DNA of 64,000 bases from Bacteroidota bacterium. GTDB taxonomy: Bacteria; Bacteroidota; Bacteroidia; 2-12-FULL-35-15. The position numbers and the translations under genes were made by a program. The notes below the pieces were generated by a model. That model did not search any database. It worked only from the letters and a program-made list of their open reading frames with translations, and was not told the origin of the DNA. The stretch covers positions 2,423 through 66,422 of the forward strand of contig JBAXQU010000005.1 of NCBI GenBank assembly GCA_037131555.1, given 5' to 3'. Positions 19,193-27,537 of the stretch are shown one piece after another; the first letter of the stretch is position 1; every line of letters begins with the position of its first letter.

Positions 19193-21040
19193 TTATTCAA
19201 TTACTAGTTTACCAACTCCAATTGTTCCTTTAGAAGAAAGAACTTTGTAGAAATATACACCACTTATCAAGCCTGAACGAGAAATGGTGAATTCCTTTGT
19301 ATTAATTGCCTTGATAGATTTTACTTCTTTTCCTAATACATCTGTCAATTCAAAAGAATATGTATCAGATAGGTTATCTGATTGGATTACAAATCGAGCA
19401 TCCTCACTCATTGGATTAGGATAGACAGATATCATTCCATTTGAACTTGACATTTCGTTTATACCAAGTCCACTTGAAAGCGTGTTCGTAACTCTATTGG
19501 TAACAATAGCAGGGTTGGAATCGAAATAAATACTCGCTCTGTTTTGTATAACTGTTCCTACAGGTAAACCTGAATTTAATTTCACGCTAAAACGAACAAA
19601 TCCATGACTTAGAGGCTCGTTGCTAGTACTATCAGGAAGATAAATATTGTTGAATACAAATTTTACAACACCTGGTGCTAACCATTGTGGAGTAGCTAGA
19701 TGACTTGTGCCAAGTATTTTTAGACTTGCAGAAGAGATGTCAGTATCTAAGGTATCAATTACTGAAATGTTAATAGCAGGTGCTGTTCCCGTGTTTTGAA
19801 AATGGATTGTATACGTAAGTTCATCGGTAATTACAGGAATATTCCCTGCAATTCCTGTTCCTTTTGGACTTACTTCTTTAAGATTAGGATCATACGAGTT
19901 AACTACTGGTAGACAAAAACTAACATCATTATTGGTTGGGTCAACATCACCAAAAGGTAGGGTGGTAAAAACTCTGAAACAAAGAGTACTTCCTGAAGTT
20001 ACTGAAGAATTAGGAGTAAGGTGAACACCTGCAAAGAAACTATTCCAATATGCTCCATTACTTAAACTAGTAAGGTTATAATACGACCAAATTAATGTAT
20101 CGCCAACTACAACAGATGCAGGATTGCTGCTCAATGCTGAATTATATACCACATTCGGATCAAGAACTAATTTCAATAATCCTGAACCTATATCGCATCC
20201 TGTGTTATTTACATAAGGAGATAAAATAAATGGTTGGTTAGGACGAACAACTCCTTGCGAACCTGCTCCACATTGTACATCCATCAAGCTAGTGCATTGA
20301 AGTGAAAAATTAACATTGGCTTGAGGTAAAGTGGAGTAGTTAAATACTACAGGAGAACAACTACTACTTGGAAAAATAAATTGATAATATGCAGGTATTG
20401 ACACAGTATAATTTGTCATCCAGGTTTGTAATGCATTCATTGTGTAATTTCCACTTCCATCGCTGTAACCATAATAACTTGTACTCGACATGGAAGGACT
20501 ATTTAAGTTTTCTGTTGTAGCTACTGCAACAGATGTTAAAGCAACATCACTAACATTGAACGAACAATCATTGTTATAATCAACATATACATTGCCCGAA
20601 ACACTTCCATATTGACATGGATTAGGAACTGGTATTTGATAAATATTATTTATATTGAAAATGGTATCAGGTCCTGAAATTACTTTATTAACTGAACCTC
20701 CAAATGTGGCAGTGTTGCCGAAAACTTGATCATCAGTAACAGTTCCAAAAGCATTGAATACAGGAGCAAATACATTCCACGGATTTTGTCCAGTAGTGTT
20801 CGCTTCTTCGTAAACAATAAATCCTCCGAACATATCTTTTACTTTTACTGAATCACCAACAAACGAATTGTTGATTGTAATCATGTACATCATTTGTCCT
20901 TGACTGGAACAAGTAGTAGAATCGTGTGAAGCGGAAGGTTGAAGTACCACCGTAACATCTCCTTGCGAATAAACTTGTGCATTTGATTTGGTAATTGTAA
21001 ATACAGCTATGGCTGTTAATACTAGATAGATTTTTTTCAT
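19193..21040 (-). CDS. T9SS type-A CTD cargo protein
   Basis: 615 aa. Signal peptide. A central SYDPNLKEVSPKG...TYTIHFQNTGTAPAINISVIDTLD module (DUF11/conserved-repeat-like). CTD reads VYPNPMSEDARFVI...LTDVLGKEVKSI...GVYFYKVLSSKGTIGVGKLVIE. Confidence 0.8.
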   Translation of the reverse strand: MKKIYLVLTAIAVFTITKSNAQVYSQGDVTVVLQPSASHDSTTCSSQGQMMYMITINNSFVGDSVKVKDMFGGFIVYEEANTTGQNPWNVFAPVFNAFGTVTDDQVFGNTATFGGSVNKVISGPDTIFNINNIYQIPVPNPCQYGSVSGNVYVDYNNDCSFNVSDVALTSVAVATTENLNSPSMSSTSYYGYSDGSGNYTMNALQTWMTNYTVSIPAYYQFIFPSSSCSPVVFNYSTLPQANVNFSLQCTSLMDVQCGAGSQGVVRPNQPFILSPYVNNTGCDIGSGLLKLVLDPNVVYNSALSSNPASVVVGDTLIWSYYNLTSLSNGAYWNSFFAGVHLTPNSSVTSGSTLCFRVFTTLPFGDVDPTNNDVSFCLPVVNSYDPNLKEVSPKGTGIAGNIPVITDELTYTIHFQNTGTAPAINISVIDTLDTDISSASLKILGTSHLATPQWLAPGVVKFVFNNIYLPDSTSNEPLSHGFVRFSVKLNSGLPVGTVIQNRASIYFDSNPAIVTNRVTNTLSSGLGINEMSSSNGMISVYPNPMSEDARFVIQSDNLSDTYSFELTDVLGKEVKSIKAINTKEFTISRSGLISGVYFYKVLSSKGTIGVGKLVIE

Positions 21041-21058
21041 TTCTTATTATTGTTTGTT

Positions 21059-24000
21059 TTATTTAATTATTACTTTTCCTATTCCTATTACTCCTTCGTT
21101 GTTCATCACTTTATAAAAATACAATCCATCTTTTATTCCATTACGTGAGATGGTAAATTGGTGTTCATGTATATCTTTTATTTCTCGAACATGTTTTCCT
21201 AAAACATCCATCATTTCGAATGTATATACTTGATTGGCTGTGGAGGAATGAATAGTAAATACAGTGGTTTCATTAAATGGATTAGGAGCAACTTCAATAC
21301 TTGTAATGCCATTAACATTTGTTGTTTCGTTTATACCAACACTTGTGCCCGATGAAGGTCCATCGACCACAACAATAGAAATAGGTAGCATGGCCGAATG
21401 ACCTAACGAGTCAACCGCAAATAGCGAATCGCAAAAAGTTTGATTACATCCTGCACCATTATCAACTGTTAAGCAAAGTTGATAAGGTCCTGTGCTAGCA
21501 TAAGTATGTGTTGGTAATGCAAGTGAAGAAGTTGAGCTGCCATCACCGAAATCCCATAGATAACTTAAATTACTTCCATAAGACAAATTAGTAATGATGA
21601 AATTATTCGAATTAAATGCCGTTCGCGAAGCATCAAATAATGATAAACAAGAAGCTGCTGCAGCACCTGTATAAGTTAGGTCATGACAAACTGTATCTAC
21701 ACAAGTTCCTGATGTAGCAGCTAAACAAACATGATAGGTAGCAGGAATAGAATAAACATGTGATGGTGATGGTACTGTTGCAAATTGACCATCATTAAAA
21801 TCCCAATAATAACTTAGTCCATTACCCGTGGTAGAATTAAAAGCGAAATAATTATTTCCATTAGTAGAATCGGGAACCATGGTAAAACTTGCAGCTATAG
21901 GACCTCCGAACGAAATGTTTACTGTATCGCTATGTACCGTATCATTAAGATTTCCACAAAAACCAAATACTGGATTAGCACCTACATGAACATATACTTG
22001 AGTTGGAGAACTTGTTAATGAAACTGTAATAGCTGGTGTTCCTTGTCCACTCGTTATGGTGGCTCCAGCATTTGCATACCAAGTATAATACATAGCATCA
22101 GGGGCAGGAGGAGTTGATATAGTAAGAGTAGTTACTGAACATGGCAATGTAACATCAGGACCTAAATTGATATCTTCAGAACTTACGATAGAAACATTTG
22201 CTGTTACATCATAACTAGGACATCCACCTGAGGGAGGAATGGTTTCGTGAACAACATAAGTACCTTGAACACTTGTTGATGGAATAATTTGCCCACTAGT
22301 GTAACCGATTACCAAACCAGGAGGTGTTGCCGAAAAAGTTCCTGCATTTCCAACGATAGTTGGAATAGGATTGAGTGAAGATGATTCGCAAAAAGTATTG
22401 GCACTATAACTAAAAGTACTATATGTATTTGCTGTAATGGTAACTGATGCAGTGGATGTTAAACCTGTGCAACCTCCACTAGCAGCAACAGTATTAGTAA
22501 CCGTATAAGTTCCCGGAGGAGATGCACTTAAATTAATAATTCCAGTACTTGGGTCTACATTTAGGCCAAATGTAGATGAAAAATTACCAGCTACACCTCC
22601 TGCTACAAAAGAAGGTGATGGATTGGTGGTATATTGACAATACGGATTTGATGGATAAGAGAATGAAGCTACAGGTTGTGGTGTAATTATTATGGTTGCC
22701 GTATCCATTGCACTGGGACAACTTCCTGTTGCAGGAACTGTATTCGTTATGGTATAAGTTCCAACAGCACTTAGTAATAAATTAATTTCTCCTGTGGTTG
22801 TATTTACAAATGTTAATCCCATAGGTGAAGATGTAAATGTTCCTGCTGCTACACCGATAGGAAAAGTAGGAAATGGATTAGTGGCAGATTGACAATATGG
22901 ATTTCCTGTATAGGAAAAGGAGGCAGATTGTTGAGGAAGTATGATTACAGAAGCAGTATCGGAAACTGCAGAACAACCTCCTAAAGCAGGAATTGTATTA
23001 GTAATTGTATATGTTCCTGGTGCACTTACGAAAGGGATAACATCTCCTGAAACTGGATCAATATCTAATGAACTAGATGAACTTGTAAAAGACCCACCTA
23101 ATCCACCATTAGTAAATGTAGGTGAAGCTGTCATTATTGATTGACAATATGGATTTGATGGATACGAAAATGAAGCTGATTGTTGTTGAGAAATGATTAC
23201 ATAAGAAGTAGCAGTTACACTAGGACAACCTCCTGTAGCAGGAACTGTGTTAGTAATTGTAATTGTTCCTGGAACTGTATTTGCAACATCAATTTCTCCA
23301 GTTGATGAGTTTACAAAAACTACAACTGCTGGTGAAGACGTAAAAGTACCTGCTATTCCTCCTCCGAAAAAAGTAGGATATGGGTTAGCACCTGTTTGAC
23401 AATAAGGACTTCCTGCATAGGTAAAATCAGCAGAAGGAGCAATATTAGTAACTGTAACAGTAGCTACGGCAGAAGAAGTACATCCCAATGTGGTTCCTGT
23501 AACTGTATAGCTAGTAGTTGCACTTGGTGTAACAGAAGCTGTATTGCCTCCTGTAGGTGTTGCACCTGCGCTCCACATATAGGTTGAAGCTCCACTGGCA
23601 GCGAGTGTTGTGGAGGTGCCAGAACAACTAACCGTTGGTGAGTTTAAACTAACTGCAGGTAATGGCATTACATTCACAGTGGTACTTGCTGTACTTGTGC
23701 AACCATACCCATCAACTACGGTGAGTGTATAACTAGTCGTGAAATTTGGACATACAACTGGGTTGGCTTGTGTAGCATTTGTAGGGCTCCATGAGTATGC
23801 ATAAGGAGGAACTCCACCACTTACCACAGGGGATAAAGTAGCACAGCTACCAGCGCAAACTGTATTGCTAGGTGAAAGCATAATATTAATGGGTGATGGT
23901 TGTGTTATACTAAAAGTGGTAGTGGCTGTGCTCATGTCGCTACTATCGGTAACGGTGAGTGTATAGGATAAAGGACAAAGTGAAGCGATGGATATTCCAT

Positions 24001-24190
24001 TGTAAACAGTTGTGCCGTCAGTCCACGAAAATGCAAAAGGACCAATACCGCCTGTTACGCTTCCTGTAGCTGTTCCGTTGCACATTCCATTGCAGGTAAC
24101 AGGTGTTGAACTGGTGTTGGCAACATGTCCGCTTGCGAAAATAGAAACACTTACTAGTGTTGCAAAAAGTGTTGTAATTAATTTTTTCAT
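21059..24190 (-). CDS. Large repeat-rich T9SS type-A CTD cargo (adhesin-like; SprB-type repeats, five internal ~85-aa modules, PKD-like modules)
   Basis: 1043 aa. Signal peptide. CNGMCNGTATGSVTGGIGPFAFSW (SprB-repeat-like). Five FSY..NPYCQ...AG.F.S....TG.I.....GTYT.TNT....GGC modules. YYWDFNDG and YLWDFGDG PKD-like modules. CTD reads APNPFNETTVFTI...GLYFYKVMNNEGVIGIGKVIIK. Confidence 0.8.
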   Translation of the reverse strand: MKKLITTLFATLVSVSIFASGHVANTSSTPVTCNGMCNGTATGSVTGGIGPFAFSWTDGTTVYNGISIASLCPLSYTLTVTDSSDMSTATTTFSITQPSPINIMLSPSNTVCAGSCATLSPVVSGGVPPYAYSWSPTNATQANPVVCPNFTTSYTLTVVDGYGCTSTASTTVNVMPLPAVSLNSPTVSCSGTSTTLAASGASTYMWSAGATPTGGNTASVTPSATTSYTVTGTTLGCTSSAVATVTVTNIAPSADFTYAGSPYCQTGANPYPTFFGGGIAGTFTSSPAVVVFVNSSTGEIDVANTVPGTITITNTVPATGGCPSVTATSYVIISQQQSASFSYPSNPYCQSIMTASPTFTNGGLGGSFTSSSSSLDIDPVSGDVIPFVSAPGTYTITNTIPALGGCSAVSDTASVIILPQQSASFSYTGNPYCQSATNPFPTFPIGVAAGTFTSSPMGLTFVNTTTGEINLLLSAVGTYTITNTVPATGSCPSAMDTATIIITPQPVASFSYPSNPYCQYTTNPSPSFVAGGVAGNFSSTFGLNVDPSTGIINLSASPPGTYTVTNTVAASGGCTGLTSTASVTITANTYSTFSYSANTFCESSSLNPIPTIVGNAGTFSATPPGLVIGYTSGQIIPSTSVQGTYVVHETIPPSGGCPSYDVTANVSIVSSEDINLGPDVTLPCSVTTLTISTPPAPDAMYYTWYANAGATITSGQGTPAITVSLTSSPTQVYVHVGANPVFGFCGNLNDTVHSDTVNISFGGPIAASFTMVPDSTNGNNYFAFNSTTGNGLSYYWDFNDGQFATVPSPSHVYSIPATYHVCLAATSGTCVDTVCHDLTYTGAAAASCLSLFDASRTAFNSNNFIITNLSYGSNLSYLWDFGDGSSTSSLALPTHTYASTGPYQLCLTVDNGAGCNQTFCDSLFAVDSLGHSAMLPISIVVVDGPSSGTSVGINETTNVNGITSIEVAPNPFNETTVFTIHSSTANQVYTFEMMDVLGKHVREIKDIHEHQFTISRNGIKDGLYFYKVMNNEGVIGIGKVIIK

Positions 24191-24208
24191 GTGAATAATT
24201 TATTTGTT

Positions 24209-26059
24209 TTATTTAATAATCATCTTACCTATTCCTATTACTCCTTCGTTGTTCATCACTTTATAAAAATACAGCCCATCTTTTATTCCATTACGTGAAA
24301 TGGTAAATTGGTGTTCATGTATATCTTTTATTTCTCGAACATGTTTTCCTAAAACATCCATAATTTCGAATGTATATACTTGATTGGCTGAGGAGGAAAG
24401 AATAGTAAATACGGTGGTTTCGTTAAATGGATTAGGAGCAAGTTCAACACTTGTAGCGCTTGTTGTTTCGTTTATACCAACACTTGTACCTGAGGATGGA
24501 CCATTGACAACATCTATAGAAATAGGTTGCATAACCGAATGACCTAATGAATCGACTGCGAATAAAGAATCGCAAAAAGTTTGATTACATCCTGCACCAT
24601 TATCAACTGTTAAACAAAGTTGGTACGGACCTGTACCTGAATAACTATGCGAAGGAAGTGGAGCAGAAGAAGTATTTCCATCTCCAAAATCCCAAAGATA
24701 AGTGAGGTTAGCACCATACGATAAATCGGTGATGGTAATAACATTCGAATTGAATGTAGTGCGTGCTGCATCGTACAATGCCATACATGTGCCGGGTGCT
24801 GCACCGGTTATGTTGATAGTATGACAAAGGGTATCGGAAAAGGTAAGACCACTTATAATTTGACATACATTATATATACCTGCTGTAGCATATACATGGG
24901 TAGGTGCATATAGGGTAGAAAAACTTCCATCACCAAAATCCCAACTTGTAGAAGCCATGGTAGTAGATGAATTATAGGTCCAAATACTCATTCCATTTGT
25001 AGAATCGGGAACAATACTGAAACTAATATTTGCAGGAAGTCCGATGATAACGATATTGGTATCGGTAACAGAAGGACAACCACCTCCAGCAGCAATTGTA
25101 TTTGTTACAGTATATATTCCGGCAGCGGAAAGTTGAGGATCAATTATACCTGTTGATACATCCATAACTAGGCCAGCAGGCCATGCTGAAAAGTTACCTG
25201 CTACTCCACCTCCAGTATAAAAAGGTGCTGTATTAGAAGATGAAGTTTGACTAAATGGACTTCCAGGAAATGTAAAAGTACCTACCATCTGTGGAGTGAC
25301 AGTAACAACAACAGAACTAGATGAAGTACATCCTGATGCACTTGTTGCAGTATGGGTTACGTTATAGGTTCCTGGTGCGGAAGCTCCAAGATCAATTTCA
25401 CCTGTATATGTATTAAGAGCTAAAGGATTAGAAGATGTAAATGGGCCATTTGCATATATTAAAAGTGCTGATATAATTCCTCCTGAAGAACAAAAAACAT
25501 TTCCTGGATAACTAAACGAAGCATCGGGTAAAGTATCAACCGTTACCGTTGTAGAAGCCATGGTTTCACATCCATTAGCATCTGTAATATTTAATGTATA
25601 AGTTGTGGTGGTACTCGGGCATACCAAGGGATTGGGTGAAGTAATCATACCAGGCGCCCATGTATAAGCGTATGGTGCAACACCTCCTGTAATTGAAGAA
25701 ATTAAAGTGGCGCAATTACCATTACATATAGTGCCACCGCCTGTTGCTCCTATTAAAATTTCTCCCGGTTGAGATAGTGTAAGTGTTGTAGTGGCAGTAC
25801 TCATGTCACTACTATCAGTTACCGTAAGTGTATACGTGCCGGCATAAAGCCCCCCCGAAACAGTATCCCTCATAACTGTTGCAGCTCCTGTCCATTCGAA
25901 ACCAAACGGACCTACTCCTCCAGTAACCCATCCAAAGGCTTGTCCATCGTAAAAACCATAACAGCTAATATTTATACCCGCGCAGTGGGCTACATGTCCG
26001 CTTGCGAAACCAGCTACATGTATTAAACTTGCGAGAACTAGAATTGTAATTTTTTTCAT
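24209..26059 (-). CDS. T9SS type-A CTD cargo, shorter tandem paralog of 21059..24190
   Basis: 616 aa with the same architecture but only two internal modules. The last ~140 aa are almost identical to the neighbour, and both share YTLTVTDSSDMSTATTT near the N-terminus. Confidence 0.8.
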   Translation of the reverse strand: MKKITILVLASLIHVAGFASGHVAHCAGINISCYGFYDGQAFGWVTGGVGPFGFEWTGAATVMRDTVSGGLYAGTYTLTVTDSSDMSTATTTLTLSQPGEILIGATGGGTICNGNCATLISSITGGVAPYAYTWAPGMITSPNPLVCPSTTTTYTLNITDANGCETMASTTVTVDTLPDASFSYPGNVFCSSGGIISALLIYANGPFTSSNPLALNTYTGEIDLGASAPGTYNVTHTATSASGCTSSSSVVVTVTPQMVGTFTFPGSPFSQTSSSNTAPFYTGGGVAGNFSAWPAGLVMDVSTGIIDPQLSAAGIYTVTNTIAAGGGCPSVTDTNIVIIGLPANISFSIVPDSTNGMSIWTYNSSTTMASTSWDFGDGSFSTLYAPTHVYATAGIYNVCQIISGLTFSDTLCHTINITGAAPGTCMALYDAARTTFNSNVITITDLSYGANLTYLWDFGDGNTSSAPLPSHSYSGTGPYQLCLTVDNGAGCNQTFCDSLFAVDSLGHSVMQPISIDVVNGPSSGTSVGINETTSATSVELAPNPFNETTVFTILSSSANQVYTFEIMDVLGKHVREIKDIHEHQFTISRNGIKDGLYFYKVMNNEGVIGIGKMIIK

Positions 26060-26111
26060 GATAGTTACTGTTTATGTGAACAATGTTTTATTGATAAGTT
26101 TTGATTGTCGA

Positions 26112-26119
26112 CAAAAATA
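26112..26119 (-). promoter_or_regulatory. Candidate -7 box (TATTTTTG on minus strand) upstream of the cargo gene tandem
   Basis: Plus strand caaaaata. Lies 52 nt upstream of the ATG at 26059. Confidence 0.3.
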
Positions 26120-26208
26120 AAATCTAAATAAAGTTTTTCTTTGTCATTAGATACTATTTAAATTAAGGTAAAATGTAAATTGATTTTTGTACGACCTCAC
26201 CCCTTCAT

Positions 26209-26229
26209 CCCTTCTCCAATAGAGAAGGG
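26209..26229. repeat. REP-like palindromic element A (core hairpin; imperfect arms extend to about 26194-26243)
   Basis: cccttctc (26209-26216), loop caata, then gagaaggg (26222-26229), giving an 8-bp perfect stem. The outer tcacc (26197-26201) pairs with ggtga (26236-26240). Confidence 0.8.
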
Positions 26230-26277
26230 GAAATAGGTGAAGTACTTATAAAAATAGAACTCTTTCTGCTCCGTCAT

Positions 26278-26296
26278 CCTTCTCCTTTGGAGAGGG
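26278..26296. repeat. REP-like palindromic element B, related to element A (shared CCTTCTCC arm)
   Basis: ccttctcc (26278-26285), loop ttt, then ggagaggg (26289-26296), giving an 8-bp stem with one G-T pair. G-rich flank gaccgagggagaggtc. Confidence 0.75.
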
Positions 26297-26427
26297 ACCG
26301 AGGGAGAGGTCTTCAATCAATTCAAACGTTATACTTCTTAATCTATATTGTATCTATAATATATGATGCTAAAAACGATGAAATAGTTGCATTGCATCAT
26401 CATTAATATTGAAACAAAATTTTCGAA

Positions 26428-26979
26428 ATGAACTACATTGATTTGGTTATTTGTATTCCTCTTGTTTGGGGCTTGTACAAGGGTTTTACCAAAGGACTCA
26501 TCATCGAGGCGGCTTCCTTGGTTGCATTCGGCTTAGGGGTGTGGGGAGGAGTTCATTTTTCCGACTTTGTGGCTCAACAGATTAACGATTTATTTCATTG
26601 GAAATCGCCTTACTTGCCGGTGGTTTCGTTTGGCATCACTTTTCTGTGCATCATCATCCTTGTTTATTTTGTGGCGAAACTAGTGCAGAAGCTTGTGAAA
26701 GGAATGGCATTGGGTGGCATCAATAAAGTGGGAGGAGCAGTGTTTGGCGCCATGAAATTTGCCATGGTGCTTAGCGTTATTATATTTGTGATGGATGCCA
26801 TCGAAAAATCGTATCCGCTTATATCGCTAAAGACAAAGGAAGGGTCGGTATTGTATAAGCCCATCGGAAAAATAGCACCTACTTTGATTCCGGCCCTTAA
26901 CAAAAGCAAGCTAAACGAACTCATACCGAAGCCGGATGTGGACGTGGATGTGAACATGAAATTGGAAAAAAACAAATAA
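26428..26979 (+). CDS. cvpA: CvpA-family (colicin V production) membrane protein
   Basis: 183 aa. MNYIDLVICIPLVWGLYKGFTKGLIIEAASLVAFGLGVWG is a typical CvpA N-terminus, with 4 TM helices. Confidence 0.8.
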   Translation: MNYIDLVICIPLVWGLYKGFTKGLIIEAASLVAFGLGVWGGVHFSDFVAQQINDLFHWKSPYLPVVSFGITFLCIIILVYFVAKLVQKLVKGMALGGINKVGGAVFGAMKFAMVLSVIIFVMDAIEKSYPLISLKTKEGSVLYKPIGKIAPTLIPALNKSKLNELIPKPDVDVDVNMKLEKNK

Positions 26980-27018
26980 GTTTTGGTTTCCATCCGCATG
27001 GTGTAGGTTTTCGTTCAT

Positions 27019-27186
27019 TTGCTGCACCTATTTGGTTAAAACCTGCACCTTTTTAGTCATTTGCAGCATCATTTCGTCCATCACCTACAGTAAATGCCGT
27101 AAAACCTACATCATTTTGTTCATTTACTACACTATATGAATCAGAACCTACTTCTTTTCAATCAGCTCCTGAACCTTTTGACGCGT
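27019..27186 (-). repeat. Block of eight 21-bp-phased units carrying the decamer in reverse orientation (AACCTRCACC-like on plus strand)
   Basis: Decamer positions start at 27019, 27040, 27061, 27082, 27103, 27124, 27145 and 27166, exactly 21 nt apart. The best copies are aacctgcacc (27040), aacctacatc (27103) and ctcctgaacc (27166). Confidence 0.85.
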
Positions 27187-27188
27187 TT

Positions 27189-27398
27189 CGTGCATTTTTC
27201 GAAAAAAAAGATGCAGGAAACAAGTTGTTTGGTGTAAGTTTCAATAAAAAAAGTGCAAGAAATGATTCGTTTGGTGTAGGTTTTGGTTCAAAAGGTGTAG
27301 GTTTCAATCGAAAAGGTTCAGGAGCTGACTCAAAACGTTCAGGTTCTGATCGAAAAGGTGCAGGTTCTGGCTTTTTTGGTTTAAGAGATGCTTTATCA
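27189..27398 (+). repeat. Block of ten 21-bp-phased units carrying the decamer GGTGYAGGTT in forward orientation
   Basis: Decamer positions start at 27189 (weak), 27210, 27231, 27252, 27273, 27294, 27315, 27336, 27357 and 27378, exactly 21 nt apart. ggtgtaggtt occurs at 27273 and 27294, ggtgcaggtt at 27357 and ggttcaggag at 27315. An isolated ggtgtaggtt lies at 27000-27009. Confidence 0.85.
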
Positions 27399-27475
27399 GG
27401 CATTTACGCTTTTTAGGAACCTTCAGTTTCTCAGTCAAAACCTAAAGTAGAGGTGTAAAAAGGAGTTTTTAGTGC

Positions 27476-27512
27476 CAAAAAAACCCAACCTAAGTTCGCA
27501 TTTAGGTCGGGT
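27476..27512 (-). terminator. Rho-independent terminator of 27538..29235
   Basis: The minus strand reads cccgacctaa-atgcgaac-ttaggttggg followed by TTTTTTTT. That is a 10-bp stem with one G-U-type position, 26 nt after the stop codon. Confidence 0.75.
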
Positions 27513-27537
27513 TTCGGATTAAAAACAATACTATTTT

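Noticed and set aside
27019-27398. Reading the two opposed repeat blocks as one giant hairpin or cruciform
   Set aside because: Mirror-image units around the axis (about 27203) match well only for some pairs: 10/10 for 27040 with 27357, and 9/10 for 27103 with 27294. Other pairs match at only 4-6 of 10. The exact partner of 27166 is at 27315, not at its mirror position. The blocks share a unit and a phase but are not a simple long palindrome.
26995-27400. CRISPR array interpretation of the 21-bp array, and likewise of the 42-bp repeat at 45361-45481
   Set aside because: The repeats are contiguous with no unique spacers, the units are degenerate, and their lengths do not fit a repeat-spacer architecture. 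No cas genes are present in the window.
26995-27400. Chromosomal origin (oriC) interpretation of the repeat array
   Set aside because: I saw no TTATCCACA-type DnaA boxes in or near the array. No dnaA or dnaN neighbourhood and no AT-rich unwinding element pattern are present.
27158-27416. Track ORFs 27158..27403 (-) and 27225..27416 (+) as protein-coding genes
   Set aside because: They overlap each other on opposite strands and lie entirely inside the 21-bp repeat array. They translate to low-complexity PxPF or GxGF strings, and the plus-strand one starts at a TTG. Open frames on both strands are expected from a stop-poor repeat unit. I treat the region as non-coding repeat and mention the coding-remnant alternative in the findings.
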